From the NCBI GenBank assembly GCA_002104905.1, contig MCFE01000153.1, positions 62,001 to 126,000 on the forward strand: a stretch of 64,000 bases of DNA. The letters run 5' to 3'. The first letter of the stretch is position 1; each line of letters begins with the position of its first letter. Below are positions 1 through 13,914 of the stretch, in pieces. A program made the translations under genes and the position numbers. The notes below the pieces were generated by a model that searched no databases, was not told the DNA's origin, and saw only the letters and a program-made list of their open reading frames with translations. The DNA comes from Basidiobolus meristosporus CBS 931.73. Lineage: Eukaryota > Fungi > Basidiobolomycota.

Positions 1-192
1 TTCAGCTGTTCCTGAGGGCTCAACTTCTTTTCCTGTTACCATATTGGAAAGCTCTCTTTCCTCAAGGTGGATCTGGATCTTGATTTTCCAAAGTCTGTGG
101 TTCTTTCCATCATACCTCTCCTTTACAGGAAAGAAGTTGGTAATCTTCTGTTAGCTGGTAGAGGTGATCTTTAGAATAAGTTCAGGCAATTG

Positions 193-204
193 GAGCTCAT
201 AACC
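193..204 (-). promoter_or_regulatory. Copia primer-binding site of the internal (half) tRNA-iMet type
   Basis: The minus strand reads GGTTATGAGCTC immediately after the LTR end (...TTGCATCA). The same motif class occurs at 41182-41193 and 45005-45016. Confidence 0.7.
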
Positions 205-408
205 TGATGCAATATAAGAAGTGATTTGGATATAATGAACTTATCAAGATATAGTGGAAATAGTTGAACTGTTGTTTATTCATAAAGAGGATCAGTATTT
301 ATACAAAGTTAGGGCCATGAGTTTGTCCTACAGTGCCCAAGACTAGCCTAGAACTGTTGAGTAAATCTTTAGCTGCTGAATGGCACCAAATAGTCAAATA
401 TTTCAACA
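205..408 (-). repeat. 5' LTR of a Copia element that runs off the left edge of the window
   Basis: The minus strand starts TGTTGAAATATT and ends TTGCATCA, followed by the PBS. It is homologous to the solo LTR at 10244-10612. Confidence 0.75.
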
Positions 409-700
409 TTTCCCATTTGAAAAATCATTCAGTTCCCACATTTTTGCCTTGATCAGTGATTACTACTCTTCCTGCATGGCTAGTTGCCACATAGATGCAA
501 CTGGACTTTGTATTGATTGTTCTAGATTTTGAGGTTTGGCATACAAGGAAAGATATACATCTCATGGCCATTAAATGTCTGCCACTTGAATATCAGGGCT
601 TTTCTGACTCTGGTAGTTCTTCTAACTGGGATAATCTAATCTGATCTGGAACTGATAGTGTTATCTTGTGTACCTGGCTGGATTGGGTATTTGCCTTCTT
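409..700 (-). pseudogene. Degenerate retroelement integrase fragment (probably Gypsy)
   Basis: Minus-strand translation contains VITDQG-like and DIxWP-like integrase-core remnants with stops. Bounds are approximate. Confidence 0.45.
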
Positions 701-2648
701 CATTAGTGGTGATTGCATTATGAAGTAGCTGTCCAATGCTCTCTGTTGCACTCTAACCAGTATTCCCTCAATTGCAATGTACCTGCTCTAGATCAGCTTC
801 TTAATACTGCCATGATACACTTTATACCCTTTGGTATCTTCATATTAGCCAAGAACAATCCTTTTTCTACTCTTTGCATCCAACTTTGTGTGTTTTTTGT
901 CAGGTATGTGATAGAAAACATCAATGCCACAGATCATGTGGTGATGGAGTTCTAGTGTTTTGCCTGAGTATGCTTTGAAGTGAGTTACAGCATGTAGCAC
1001 TGTTGGCAGGCACCTATTTATGATGTATACCATGGTAGCTGCAAATGCAGCCCATAACTTGTAGTCCATTCCCTTTTCATGTAGCAAAGATCATCCCATC
1101 TCTACTAGATCAACCGTAACACTACTGTTGCAACCTCCCTCAGGGACTTTTTGGGTACATTAATACTAGAAATTTAAAAACTGAGTGCCCACCTGTTGAT
1201 TAAATCAAAAACAAGATTAGATCCAGGATATAATACTTATTCCCGCCTATTTTAATACTCAAATATGTCTTCCATCACATCACCAATTGTATTTTTGTCT
1301 AATTGGGCTTTTGTAAAAGACAAATATTTAACTCTGCTGCAACTGACTTGCAGACAGAGTGCAACATTAACAGGAATACATAGATCTTGGTCATTATTCA
1401 TACATATTGTATTTTATACCTTATTGCATAAAGGTAATATTCCCCAACTGGGTATTCCTGTACACGTAACAGTTGATATTCATGTCTTTTTCTAGCCCAA
1501 ATTAGACTATCATCCAGCATGTTAGTCTAATTGTTATGACTTATGATGTCTGATTTGCTGATCCAATTGCATATTTTCATGGAAACTAAATGGATTCAAA
1601 AAATTTAAAAGTTTCAATATCCCAGTCAGAGTCAAATGTATTGAATCAATATATGTTAATTAATCCAAAACAACTAGGATGACACATTCCATTTTTACAT
1701 TTTGCTGGTCCATTTTTCTGTGGAGCATGTGGAGCATGTGGATCAGTGGTGTGTTGAAGTCTATGAGTAATTCAGCAGTACTCTGAACACTCCTTAAGGC
1801 AGCATTGCCCTCCACTGTCACTTCAAAGTACCTTTGATTTACACCCAGTTTGTGTTTCTGTCATGTTCTTGAAGTGCTCAAACATCTCTAATGACTTAAT
1901 TTTGTCTTGAGGCAATACAACAATAAATTTATTGACTTTTCATCAATGTACTTCATAGAGTATCCTTTGGCTCCAGTTCACAGTGCTCTTATGGACACAT
2001 GTATGACTGGGTGCATAATAGCCTAAAAATCAGCAGTGTTAATGCCTCATAAGCTGCTGAATTGCCACCTATCTTGTTTGCCATATGAAAATCCCTTACA
2101 GACACTCAATTTAATTAGAAGTGAGTAATTCAGGGGCATATCAGATTGATTTTCCACCAATTGGCTAGTTTTCTGTTCCCCAATGTTCTTTAGCTTCCTA
2201 CGCCACATATTCCAGTTAGTACATCTGTTCCAGCAATGTTGACATACTGAGTTACAATGATCTTGGGTTGTACATTGTATATATTGTAATATAAGATTCC
2301 GAAAGCTAGTATGTATCCATTCTCATGCAGCATTGAGCAGCTCAGATTGGTAAAAGCAGTTTGCAGTCCCCAAAAGGTTGCTTTACTCACTGAGAGTGGA
2401 TTCTTGGCTCTGCCAGGCACATAGAGTATGTCAGTCAACTTTGCTCTTATTGCACCTGAGATATTATTTATAGTAACCTGTATAGACTTGCTGGTGGTAG
2501 CTTCCAGTGCAGAGTTGTTGCTTAGCTTAGCTTTGCTTACAGGAATAGTCTTTGAGTTGCTAAGCCACCCCTTTCTACCATAAATATGCTGTGCTGCTCC
2601 AGAGTCAATATAATATTCATTACTTTGGTTACCTAAACTCTGTTGTAC

Positions 2649-5600
2649 TGTTATGACCTACCGCTTGAATGTTTAAGTTAGATCAGTTTTTAGTCAAATC
2701 AATTAGTTATATGTTTAGCCTATCAATATATCAGTGTTATCTATTGGATCAGTAGATCATTGATATGCAGAAAGAAAGGAATGGTGCAAGAGTACATCAA
2801 TGAATATAGATGTCTACTTCAACAAATTGAAAGAATGGACCCCCAGGATCAAGTGGAACACTTTACTGAAGGGTTGAAAGAAAGAACTTGCAAGGAAGTG
2901 AATTATCAAAGACCCCAGACTATTGAAGAAGCCATCAAGATTGACATTGACTGTGACTCAGCAATGTTTGGAGTTAGGAAGCCCACAATGAATAGTCAGA
3001 GAGGCTACATTCATTATGAAAGAAGACAATCAGAAGCTGTGCCAATGGAAATAGACACTATGCAGAAGAGTCCTACCACAAAAGAATGTAAGAAGAAAGG
3101 ACTTTACTTCAATTACCACCAGCAGGGACTTATTGCAGAGTACTGCCCTCAACAAAGAAATGGACACCAGCCATGAAGAACCTTCAACCACATTGAAGCC
3201 CTTGAGCATAGTAACATGCAGGATGAACTTTAAGAAGACTCACAACTCACCTTCCATGCAACAGAAGAATACCTATCCTAGATGACCTCAAACTCAGGAA
3301 AGCTATTATATTTGAATGGAGTAATCAATGGAGTACCTGCAAAGATCATGATTGACTCAGGAGCATTGCATTAGTACATGCTAGAGCAATTTGCTTTGAA
3401 AGCAGGAATCAACTCAAAACCCGCCAAATCAACTTCAGTCTCAACAGCTGATGGGAACTCTCATATTATCAGCCATATTACTCAGCCCATAAAGATCAAG
3501 ATCAATGACTATGAAGAAGACCTACAGGCCTAAATATTTGGGAACTGCAAGTTGGACCTTGTACTGGGAAAAACCTGGCTATTTTATTGTAATCCATCAA
3601 TTGACTAGAGAACCCATGCTACTCAGATCCAGGACAACAAGACCTATGAGCTATTACCTGCTAGACTGGATTTCAACTTGGTCAATTCCAGCATGCATGA
3701 AACAAGTGAACTTAGCAAGACACAGTTCTGCAATGCACTTAGAAAAGGCACTCAGATGTTCCTCATGGCAGAATTACAGGAGGATTCCTCTACTTCAGTG
3801 CCCAAGAAGGTCCAGACTCTTTTGAAGGAATACTCAGATATATATCCAGATGAACTTGTAAGCCCACCAGCAGTCAGAGATGTGGATCATGCCATTGACA
3901 TAGGAGATGGCCCTACAGTGAGTAAGACACCTTACAGAATTAGTCCAATGGAATTGGAAGAGATGAAGAGACAAATAGATCAGTTATTGGAACAAGGATA
4001 TATCAGACCCAGCAAGTCACCATGGGGAGCACCAGTACTTTTTGTGAAGAAGAAGGATGGAACACTTGAGGTGTGCATCAACTACAGAGCTCTTAACTCA
4101 GTTACTGTGAAGAATAAGTACCCCATACCTAGGATTGATGAGCTTTTGGACCAGCTCAATGGAGCCACTATATTCAGCAAGATTGACCGCATGTCAGGAT
4201 ACAACCAGATTAGGGCAAAGCCAGAAGACATCCCAAAGACAGCATTCAGGACCAGATATGGATATTACATGTACATAGTCATGAGTTTTGACCTCACCAA
4301 TGCCCCTGCAAGATTCATGACCCTGATGCAGACCTACTTCCAGGAGTACTTAGACAAGTTTGTGATAATCTACTTAGACAACATATTGATATACAGCAAG
4401 ACAGATGAGGATCACATGGCGCACATTGAAAAGGTCTTGAAGAAGCAAAGAGAGAACAGATTATATGACAAGCTAGCCAAGTGTGAATTCTTCAAGGAAC
4501 ACATTGAATATCTGGGATACATAGTGACTAGCACAGGAGTGACCTTAGACCAAGAAGGTTGAAGTTATCAAGAATATGAAGCAGCCCCTTAGCATATTGG
4601 AACTCAGATCATTCCTTGGAATGGTTTCCTATTATCAGAGATTTGCCTAGTCCTTTCGAGTATTGCAGCCCCTTTTACTGATATCCTCAAGAAAGACAAT
4701 ACCAATAAGTGGGACATAGCTTGTAAGACAGCCTTCCAGATGCTCAAGAATGAACTTGCTAAGCTGCCAAGCTTAAGAATACCTGACTTCAGAAAAGAGT
4801 TAACTATGTGCACAGATGCTTCATATTATGCAATTGATGGAGTACCAAGCCAAGAACACAAGGGAAAGAACTGCCCTGTTGCCTTTGAATCCAAGAAACT
4901 GAACCCAGTAGAACAATACTATCCAGTGCATGAGAAGGAGATGCTTGCTATAGAACACCGTTTAAAGACATGGAGATGCTATACTGAAGGAGTCAAATGT
5001 TCCGTGAAGACTGAGCATGCCTCCACAAGTATATATTTACTTAGAAGGTACTCTCTAATACAATGACAAGATGGAGTGAATACATTCAGCAATTTGATTT
5101 GGAGATTGCCTACTGCTCTGGGAAAAACATCACAGTTGCTGATGCCTTATTGACATTAGAACACGTTGCACAACTTAACTTGGTGCATGAATCAGATTGG
5201 CCTAGCCTATTACCAATGTACCTGCAGAACAAAGCCTTTCCTAATAAGGTGGTTGAAGTGATTAAGATGATATACCAGGATGATGCCAGCAAATCTGTGA
5301 TACAGGATGAAGCTCTCTACCAAATTGTAAATGGAAGCCCTATTGCCTGTTACCCTTATATTGCTTGGCTGATTTCAATACATAAGCTACACAGTGGATA
5401 TGGACATGTTGGAATTGAAGGAACCTCTGGCCATGTGAAAGCCAGAGCATGGTGACCCAAGATGCAACAAGACATTGAGAAGCTAGTGAAAACATGCTTA
5501 AATTGCCAAATCAACCAAGGCCAACCACAGAAAATTGCTGAACTATTTCCCTTGGAGCCAGTTAGACCATTTGAAAGATGGGGTATGGCATATATTTGAA

Positions 5601-6663
5601 GAATGCCAACTACCAGGAAATGCAACATTTGGATCCTAGTAGCAATTGACCATGTCACCAAATGGCCAGTGGCTGAAGCAGTATCTGTAGCCAGTGAACA
5701 AGAAGTTGCAAGTTTCATTGACCATGAAATCCTTATGAAGTTTGGATGTCCTGAGTAGATCTTATCTGATAGAGGAGCAAACTTTATGGCAAAGACATTA
5801 GAAGCTTACATGGAAATGCAGCACATCAGACACTTGAAAACCTTGGCGTATCACCCTAGGACTGATGGAGTCACGGAGCAGTTTAATGGATTATTTGCAA
5901 AAATGCTGACCAAGTATGCAAATGGAGCTGTCAGTAGATGGTATGAGTATATAGACCAAGCACTCTTTGCATGCAGAGTGAGAGTACACAACACCACCCA
6001 ACAATTGCCATCTTACTTGGTGTATGGATGAGAACCAAGGATTCCAGGAGATCTCACACAACCAAAGCTTACAGACACCCTAGAACAAGAACTTAGTCAG
6101 CCAAGTAGATGCCAGCATCTGCAACAAAGACATAAAGAGGCACAACTAGTGGACAAACAAGGGAATAGCTGAGATGATTTAGCTCATAGAGACTGACTCA
6201 ATCTTGCAAGATTTGCCAACAATACTGAACCATCAAGATATTGGTATCAAAAGAAAGGCAATTCAGGAGAACCCTCTCAACTTTAGTAGGGGAGAATGTT
6301 ATGACCTACTGCTTGATTGCTTAAATTAGATCAGTTTTTAGTCAAATTAATTAGTTATATATTTAGCCTATTGGTATATCAGTATTATATATTAAGTCAG
6401 TAGCATTTGTCAGCGGATGAATCAGCAGATCCTTATCAGACAGGAATTGATGTAATAAGTAGGATCTTATTGGTGATGATGATGCATTAAATATGCATCA
6501 GCCACAACCTACATTAGGAAATACAGTTAGTCAGCAATTAATCTGGCAAAAAGGTATACAAGGAGATGCTGGAACCTTAATAGAAATCAGTTCAAGTTTT
6601 AGTGAATACAAAACTACCTGAACTCCCTATTCCTCTACAACTCTTATACCAAGACTTGTAGCA
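2649..6663 (+). mobile_element. Ty3/Gypsy LTR retrotransposon C1 (truncated 5' LTR, gag-PR-RT-RH-IN, 3' LTR 6297-6663), decayed
   Basis: TGTTATGACC starts at 2649 and 6297, and a PPT (AGTAGGGGAGAA) precedes 6297. Motifs: gag EAVPMEID, protease MIDSGA, RT SKSPWGAPVLFVKKKDG and YLDNILI, RH CTDASYYAI, IN YHPRTDG. Flanks GTAC/GTAT fit a 4-bp TSD with one C>T change. Confidence 0.9.
3678..4562 (+). pseudogene. Gypsy reverse transcriptase open segment (294 aa)
   Basis: RISPMELEEMKRQIDQLL, SPWGAPVLF, YPIPRIDELLD, FSKIDRMSGYNQI, YLDNILIYS. Confidence 0.9.
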
Positions 6664-7287
6664 GTATAGCTACATATACTATTTATCTGTAGTTGGATGG
6701 TTTATCTGCTGCAATCCTGGCTTCCTACAGTATTTGCAGCAATCTGGTTCTCTTTAGATCTGTTGCTTTCCCTTCACTTCTGCGTGCCTTTGTCAACCAA
6801 GTAATGTATTGTCTCCTATTTTCTCTGCTTGGCCATTGGGTCCATGGTCTTTAAGAAGTCTTCCTTTCATGTAGTCCAAGATTGGATTATCTTAGCTATA
6901 TTCCAAGCAAAGTATGAGTGGCTCACACTTGTCAGGTAAGTTGCAAAGCAGACAGTGTACCTTTTTGTTGTCATCTACACCAGTCTTAATTATTTAAAAT
7001 CCTTCTGCAAGTGTCACCATTCTGGTAATGATTTGTAGCATGTCATCATCTGGCTTCTTCCTCATTTTGAAGAACTTGCTTTTTGAATATATTATGCTTG
7101 ATGCTAACATTACTCTGAAGATCTTCGCTTACAATTCCCACACTACTTTAGCAGTATTAGAAGCATCAATATGTCAAACAATGGGATCCTACACAATAAT
7201 ACATAGAGCACTAAAGGCTTCTTACTTCTCTTGAAACTATTCAACTTCTTCTGTTGTTCTTTTGGACTCCACTTCCTTTCCTGCTTA

Positions 7288-10200
7288 TGTTACTAGTGTT
7301 GATATACATGTTGTAGAGGAATAGGGATTTAGCTGGTATTGTAGAGGGATAGGAAGTCTAGCTGATATTGTATTGACTAAAATTTGAACTAATTTTTATT
7401 GCAGTTCCAGCAGCTTCCTGTACACATTTTGCAAGATCAATTGCTGACTAATTGTAATTCCTAATATGGTTATGGCCAATGGTTCATTTGATTGCGTCAC
7501 ACTCACTCAATTGGATCTTACTCAATAGTCCTATTCCTATCTGATAAAGATCAGCTGAATCATTTGCTGACTAATACTATTAATTTGATAGACAGCAATT
7601 GTATGCTGACATGCCAATTATAAACTAATTAATTTGACTCAAAACAGATCTACCCTACCCATCCAAGCAGTAGATCACAACATTTTCCCCTACTAAAGTT
7701 GAGATGGCTCTCTTGAATCTCTTCTTGTGATACAAATATCTTGTTGATTCAGTATTATCAGCAACTATTGAAAGCTTGAGTCCGGCTCTAAGAACTAAAT
7801 ATTCCTGGATATTACCTTGTTTGTCCACTTGTTGGTAAGCTACAAATGGACTTTCTCTGATGATCTTGTTTGGTCCCATTCATTGTGGTTCAAACTTCTT
7901 CCAAGTATTGTTTCTCAGTAATGCAAAATTCCCTGCTTTCAATGCTTCTGGTCATATAGTCTTATCAAATCTTTGCTTCATCTTTTCTGCACCGTGAGAC
8001 ACTATGATCTGTGCCTCTTGGTGTCTTTGTTCTAGTTGCCGGTGCCTACATGGATGACTGAACTCATCTTCTAAGGCATCCAAAAGCTTAGATTGTGAGC
8101 AATCTGCTGGATTCCTTGGTTAACATCCATATACTAAGCAAAATGGTAGTTGTTGAATGGTGTTGTGCACTCTACCCATGCAGGCAAAAGTGCTTGGTTT
8201 ATATAATCATCCCATTTACTGACAACTCCATTTGCATGCTTGGTCAGCATTTTTCCAAATTACTCATTAAACTGCCCAGTGACCCCAGTAGTTCTAGGGT
8301 GATGTGTCAAGGATTTCAAGTGTTTGATCTGCTGCGTTTCCAGGTAAACTTCCAATGTCTTTGCCATAAAATTTGCTCCTCTATTAGATGAAGTCTTGTG
8401 AGAACATCCAAGCTTTGTGAGGATTGCAGGTTACATGAAGCTTGCAACTTCTTATTTACTGACTACAAGTACAGTGTCAGCCACTGACCATTTAGTAGCA
8501 TGGTCAAGTACTACTATAATCCAATGGTTGCATTTCCTGGTGGTTGGCAATCTTCCAATAAAGTCAGTACCCCATGTTTAAGGTGGTCCTACAGGATACA
8601 AGGGAAAGTGTTCAGGAATACTGTGTGGTTGTCTTGGTAGAGTGGGTAATTGGAGCATGTTTCCATTGGCTTCTCAATATCATGTTTCATCCTGGGCCAC
8701 TATGCTCTGCATTTACATGACTAAAGGATCCTTGAATCCAAATATGTGCATGTCCATAGTGTAGCTTATGAATTATCCAGGTGAGCAATATAAGGGCAAT
8801 AAGCAATGGGGCCTCCATCAACAATTTGGTTGCATGTTTCATCCTGTACTACAAGATTGCAGGCTTCATCCTGGATCATCTTCATGATCTCTTCATGCAC
8901 CTCAGTAGGATTGGGTTGGTCCTCTGAATACTTTTGCAATATGCTAGGCCTATCTAATTCATTCACCCAGTTTAGTTGTGCAACTTATTGTAGTCTTGAT
9001 AAAGCAACAGCAACCTTTTTTTCTCAGGGCAATATACAATCTTGGAGTTAAGTAGCTGAGTGTATTAACTGCATCTTGTCATTGTTCTAGAGAGTACTTT
9101 CTGAGTAAATATATACTGGAGGGAGGACTGGTCAGTTTTCATGGTGCATTGACCCACCATGCTCTGGCTTTCACAAGGCCATATGTTCCTTCAATTCCAA
9201 GATGTCTATATCCATTGTGTAGCTTATGTATCAAATCCAGGCAAGCAATATAAGGGCAACAGGCAATAGGGCTTCCATCAACAGTATGTTAGAGTGCTTC
9301 ATCCTGTATTACAAATATGCTGGCTTCATCCCAGATTATCCTCTTAATCTCTTCATCCACCTTATTAGGAATGGCTTTGTCCTGCAAGTACTTTGGTAAT
9401 AGGCTAGGCCAATCTGATTCATGCACCTAGTTGAGTTGTGCAACATGCTCTAATGTTGATAAGGCATCAGCTACTGTGATGTTTTTCCCAGGGCAGTAGG
9501 CAATCTTCAAATCAAATTGCTGAATGTATTCACTCCATCTTGTCATTCTTCTGGATAGCACCTTCTGAGTAAGTATATACTTGAGTATGGCATGTTCAGT
9601 CTTAACAATTGACTTGACTCCTTCAATGTTGCATCTCCTTTCTCATGCAATGTAGAGTTTGTTCTGCTGAGTTCTTTTTCTTTGATTCTAAAGCAATTTG
9701 GTAAACCTATTTCTCCTGTTCTTGGCTGAGTACACCATCAATGGTGTAATCTGAAGCACCTGCCCACAGAATAAATTCTTTTCTGAGATCTGGAATTCTC
9801 AAGCTTGGTAGCTTTGCAAGTTCATTCTTGAATATCTGAAAGGCAGTCTCACTGGGTATGCCATATATCAGGGTGTTGTCTTTCTTGAGTATCATGAGTT
9901 GGTCCAAGAGCTCATCAATCCAAGGTATTGGGTACTTACTCTTAATGGTAACTGAGTTAAGGGCTCTGTGATTAATGCACATCCTTAGTGTTCCATTCTT
10001 CTTTTTCACAAAATGCCCTGTTGCTCTCCAAGGTGACTTGCTGGGTCTGATATATCCTTAGTCCAATAACTGCTCTATATGTCTCTTCATCTCTTCATAT
10101 TTGAATGGACTCATACTGTGAGAGGTCTTGCTTACTGAAGGGCTATCTCCTGTCTCAATGGCATGATGTATGTCACTAGGCTTAGAAGCTCATCAAGAAA

Positions 10201-11950
10201 TGCATCTAAGTAATCCCTTCTGAATTCTAAAATTGAGGGATCCTGCTGAAATATTGGACTATTTGGTATCATTCTGCAGCTAAAAATATACCTAACAATT
10301 CTGGACTAGTCTTGGTCACTGTGGGACTAATTTGCAGCTCTAACTTTGTCACTGATCTCAGATCTGTGATCTTGTGATTATTCCCCTAAAGTCAGGATCA
10401 AATTAGCACTATTACCAAACATTATGTACTAATCCTGAAACTGTTACAGAATACTTCTGAATATTGAGAAACCCTCCTTACTTAGTGTTACAGCTGTATT
10501 ACTTCTACAAAGGTATAAATACTGAGCTTCTTTATTAATAAGCAACAGATCAATTATTAATACTATTTCTTGATAAGTTCCTTATATCCAAATCACTTCA
10601 TAAATTGCAACAGATCCTCCTGTAATAGTACCATGAGGAGCATCCAGGTACCTTTTCTAAATGCTCTATTGAGCTTTATTTTGCTTACTTCACAAATTTC
10701 ATGCCCACTGGTTTTGACCAAGTCAAAATTCAGTCTGGCAGGTAAGGGCCATAATTCTACTTGTCTTTTAGATCTGGGTGGCTTGGGTTCTCCAGTTGAT
10801 TGATGGATTACAACTAGATAGCCACATTTTCACAGGTACAAGATCAAACTTGCAGTTCCCATATGTATAGGCCTGTTGGTCTTCTTCATTGTTGTTGATT
10901 ATCATTTTCACTAGCTGAGTAATATGGTTGATACAAGAAAGCTCCCATTAGCTGAAGACACTGAGGTTTATTTAGTGGGTTCCAAGCTGATACTGGCTTT
11001 CAAGGCTAATTCCTCTGACATGTGTTAGTGTGATGCTCCTGAGTGAGTCATAACCTTGGCAGGTACACCATCAAGTACTCCATTCAAGTACAATAGCTTT
11101 CCTGAGTTCAAGGTTATGTGGAATAAGTATTCCTGTGTCACATGGAAGGTGAGTTCTGAGTCTCTTCAAGCTCATCCTCCATGTTACTATGCTCAAGCAC
11201 TTCAATGCAGTTGATGGTTCTTGTTCACTAGTGTCTATCTCTTCTCTGAGGGCAGTACATTGAGATATGCACTTGATGGTGGTAATTATAACAAAGTACC
11301 TTTGTCTTCCTTCCTTTAAAGTGAGATTCTCCTGCATAGCATTCATTTCCATTGGCACTGCTTCATGTTGTCTTCTTTCATAGCAATTGTAACCTCTGTG
11401 GTTAGTCACTTAAAACTTTCCTACTCCAAGCATAGTTGAGTTGTAGTCAATGGTACCTTGATGGCTTCTTCAATATTCTGAGATCTTTGCTAGTTCAATT
11501 CCTTGTAAGTTCTTTTGTTCAACCCATCAGCAAAGTATTTTACTCGATCCAGGGGGTCCAGTTTTCTAATTTGTCAAAAAAGACATCTACATTCATAGAT
11601 TTATTCTTGAACCATTCCTTCCTGTCTGAGTGTTTTGAGCTTCCTTGATAGTAGAATCTGCTGGTGCAGAGGCTCAAAAGCCTCATGAATTTCAAGCACA
11701 TACTCATCCTAGGCAGAAATAGTATAATATCCTATTGTAGTGGCTGACCTGATCTTGTTGTGATTCTACTGCAAAGCTACTTCTGCAAAGAAGCTGCATA
11801 ATGCTACTAGCACTTTGGGGCAACTCCTTTAGCCCTAAAAGTTTCTTCAATTTGAAAGTGCTAAGCTCCCAGGTTTTCATTGAATCTATCATAGTATTGG
11901 TTCACCTTCACACTAAAGGCACTGTTGACAGGGGTTTGCCAGTTCTGCGC
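7288..11950 (-). mobile_element. Ty3/Gypsy element C2 (same family as C1, opposite strand; 3' LTR 7288-7682; 5' LTR not found)
   Basis: The reverse complement of 7288-7682 aligns with LTR 6297-6663 and has the PPT TAGTAGGGGAAAA. ORFs 9707-10009 ([29 protein letters not shown]) and 11071-11409 (EAVPMEM) match C1. The left-end bound is clear; the right-end bound is approximate. Confidence 0.85.
10244..10612 (+). repeat. Solo Copia-type LTR inserted in the Gypsy C2 pol
   Basis: TG...CA termini with a perfect 5-bp TSD GATCC (10239-10243 and 10613-10617). Homologous to LTR 205-408. Confidence 0.9.
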
Positions 11951-12546
11951 TATTGGTAGTCATTATTTGTTGCTTATGGCTAAGGATCTGGAGTCACTGT
12001 TGCAATTGGGCCAGGATTTATTGCATAGCGTTCTTTCAGTACTAAGGCTACAACTACCAATTATTCCAATATGTCAGTGTGGTACACCATAAAAGGATCA
12101 AACCCTGGGTTACAGTCAATGTTCTGTGTTGTAACACCCAGCAATAAGAGGACACATACTGCTTACCAGAGGACACATCTTGTTATGGAAGAAGATGAGG
12201 AGCCTGACAATATACACCCCAACATTTGGAGCTGCTCATTAGATATACAGGAGCAGACAGCTATGGTTTGAACAATATACAAGACAGTAGAGCAGAAGAT
12301 TAGACCATCACTTTACCATTGACTGATGGATCTCAACCTGCTGATTATATCAGGTCACCAGAAGAAGCACCAGAAGATATACAACTTACACCTGAGAGAC
12401 TTAGGCAACATATTATTGGTGATGGAAACCTAACACCAGAGGAGATCTTATTATTTGAAGAAACCCTGAAAAGACATGATAAGGTTTTATGTGGTAATGG
12501 AAAGTATTCCATTACTACAATATCTCAAAACCAATATTGCACTCAT

Positions 12547-13292
12547 CAGACTTGTTCCATTGTGGCATGCCAGGGTGCGCAGCGCAATCTGCAGTCTCTA
12601 AGAACAATTGGGCATGATATTGTAGCTACCAGTAGGCAGAATTGCTCTTGGACAATTTTGCACCATGTGAGACAATCTTGCACACTATGACACAATCTGA
12701 CACAATGAGGTGGGCACAAATGATTGCACCCACTTGTGATATTTGCATCATGTGTGCAATTGAATACCACTTTTATAGTAGGTAAAATCCAGTATTTGGA
12801 AATGTTTCTTCAATGTAAATGGGAATAAATGCATATCACGCTATAAAATACACTGATACTTACCATCTTGGTTACCATCACTCCAATTGCATAGTATCTC
12901 AGTGGTTAATTGGTCCAAAAGTATCCTGAAGCTTTCAGCCCCCAATTGGCTCTTTGACTAATACACAAGCTACCTGATTTGCAATCAAATATCCCATTTT
13001 GCCCATTAAGCAAGTAAATCCCTGATCCTAGTGATTGGACAAGGTGGCATAGTTAGCATGCAACCAATCATATGGGTACATATCAAATCAAATGGCTGCA
13101 CTGGTGCCACAGATGATGTATACATTTTATGAAGAGTAAATAAAGTAAGAAAAGCACTATTCTGAGCAACGTAAGTAAGATTTATTAAAATTACCAGTAA
13201 CTATATCCTACCACTGGCATGATGGTAGAAGTTATAGTGCCAAATAGTGCCAGATCAATCTGGATGTGGCACTATCCAGCAGAACAAGTGTA
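12547..13292. mobile_element. Non-autonomous TIR element, older member of the TAGACTTGTT family (~746 bp)
   Basis: Left end CAGACTTGTTCC, right end TGGCACTATCCAGCAGAACAAGTGTA, similar to the ends of 20537-21272, with subterminal GTGCCA motifs. Confidence 0.55.
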
Positions 13293-13914
13293 TTTCTTTA
13301 TTTTGCTTTTTGCTATTGTAACACTCAAGTGAGAGATCAAGAAATTCTAACCTTGAAGGACAAATACTCCAAGCCCAGACAAGTAATCAGTCCATGATTA
13401 TTATGTTATACAGAGCATGCAGTAGCCAACACATGTTTTGAATTAAAGCTCACTAGAAGCAGTACTCAAGGAGTTATGGCCAAAAGAGTTCAATTATTAT
13501 ATATACTAGGCCACTATTGCTAGGATTACTATGGTAACTTTGATTGCATGTTACTTTTGAGCCAGCCAACCATATCACATGATATTTTCACAGGTGCTGC
13601 GCCTATGTCCAATCTGTTTCACTGCAAATTTGTAGCATTGTATCACGTGTAATGCTTGCGCAATTGCCCAAAAAATTTGATCCTTGAGAAATTTCATATA
13701 TATGACATCCCCAGCTGAAAAATAAAGGGGAGCCTTTCTTTTGAGAATCTCCACACTACAATTATCAGTTTAAAGGTTATACAACTTCCCCTGCATCACT
13801 TGCACTTTTGAGTATTCTGACTTTGATTGGTACTACATCAGTAAAGAGACTGCAAAGCTCACAAGAATCCATTCTAAGTTCTACAAGAAACTACCAGTTT
13901 TTGGTTGGAAAAGT

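Larger units (their letters stand above)
700..7287 (-). mobile_element. Decayed Ty1/Copia element (gag ~6664-7287; protease/integrase ~700-2648) split by a Gypsy insertion
   Basis: Gag-like text KSKFFKMRKKPDDDML and CLLCNLPDK lies at ~6900-7100 and a CKYCRKPG zinc knuckle at ~6715-6740. LYVPGRAKNPLSVSK (ORF 2190-2438) and integrase remnants (ORF 845-1087) lie left of the insertion. Confidence 0.7.
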
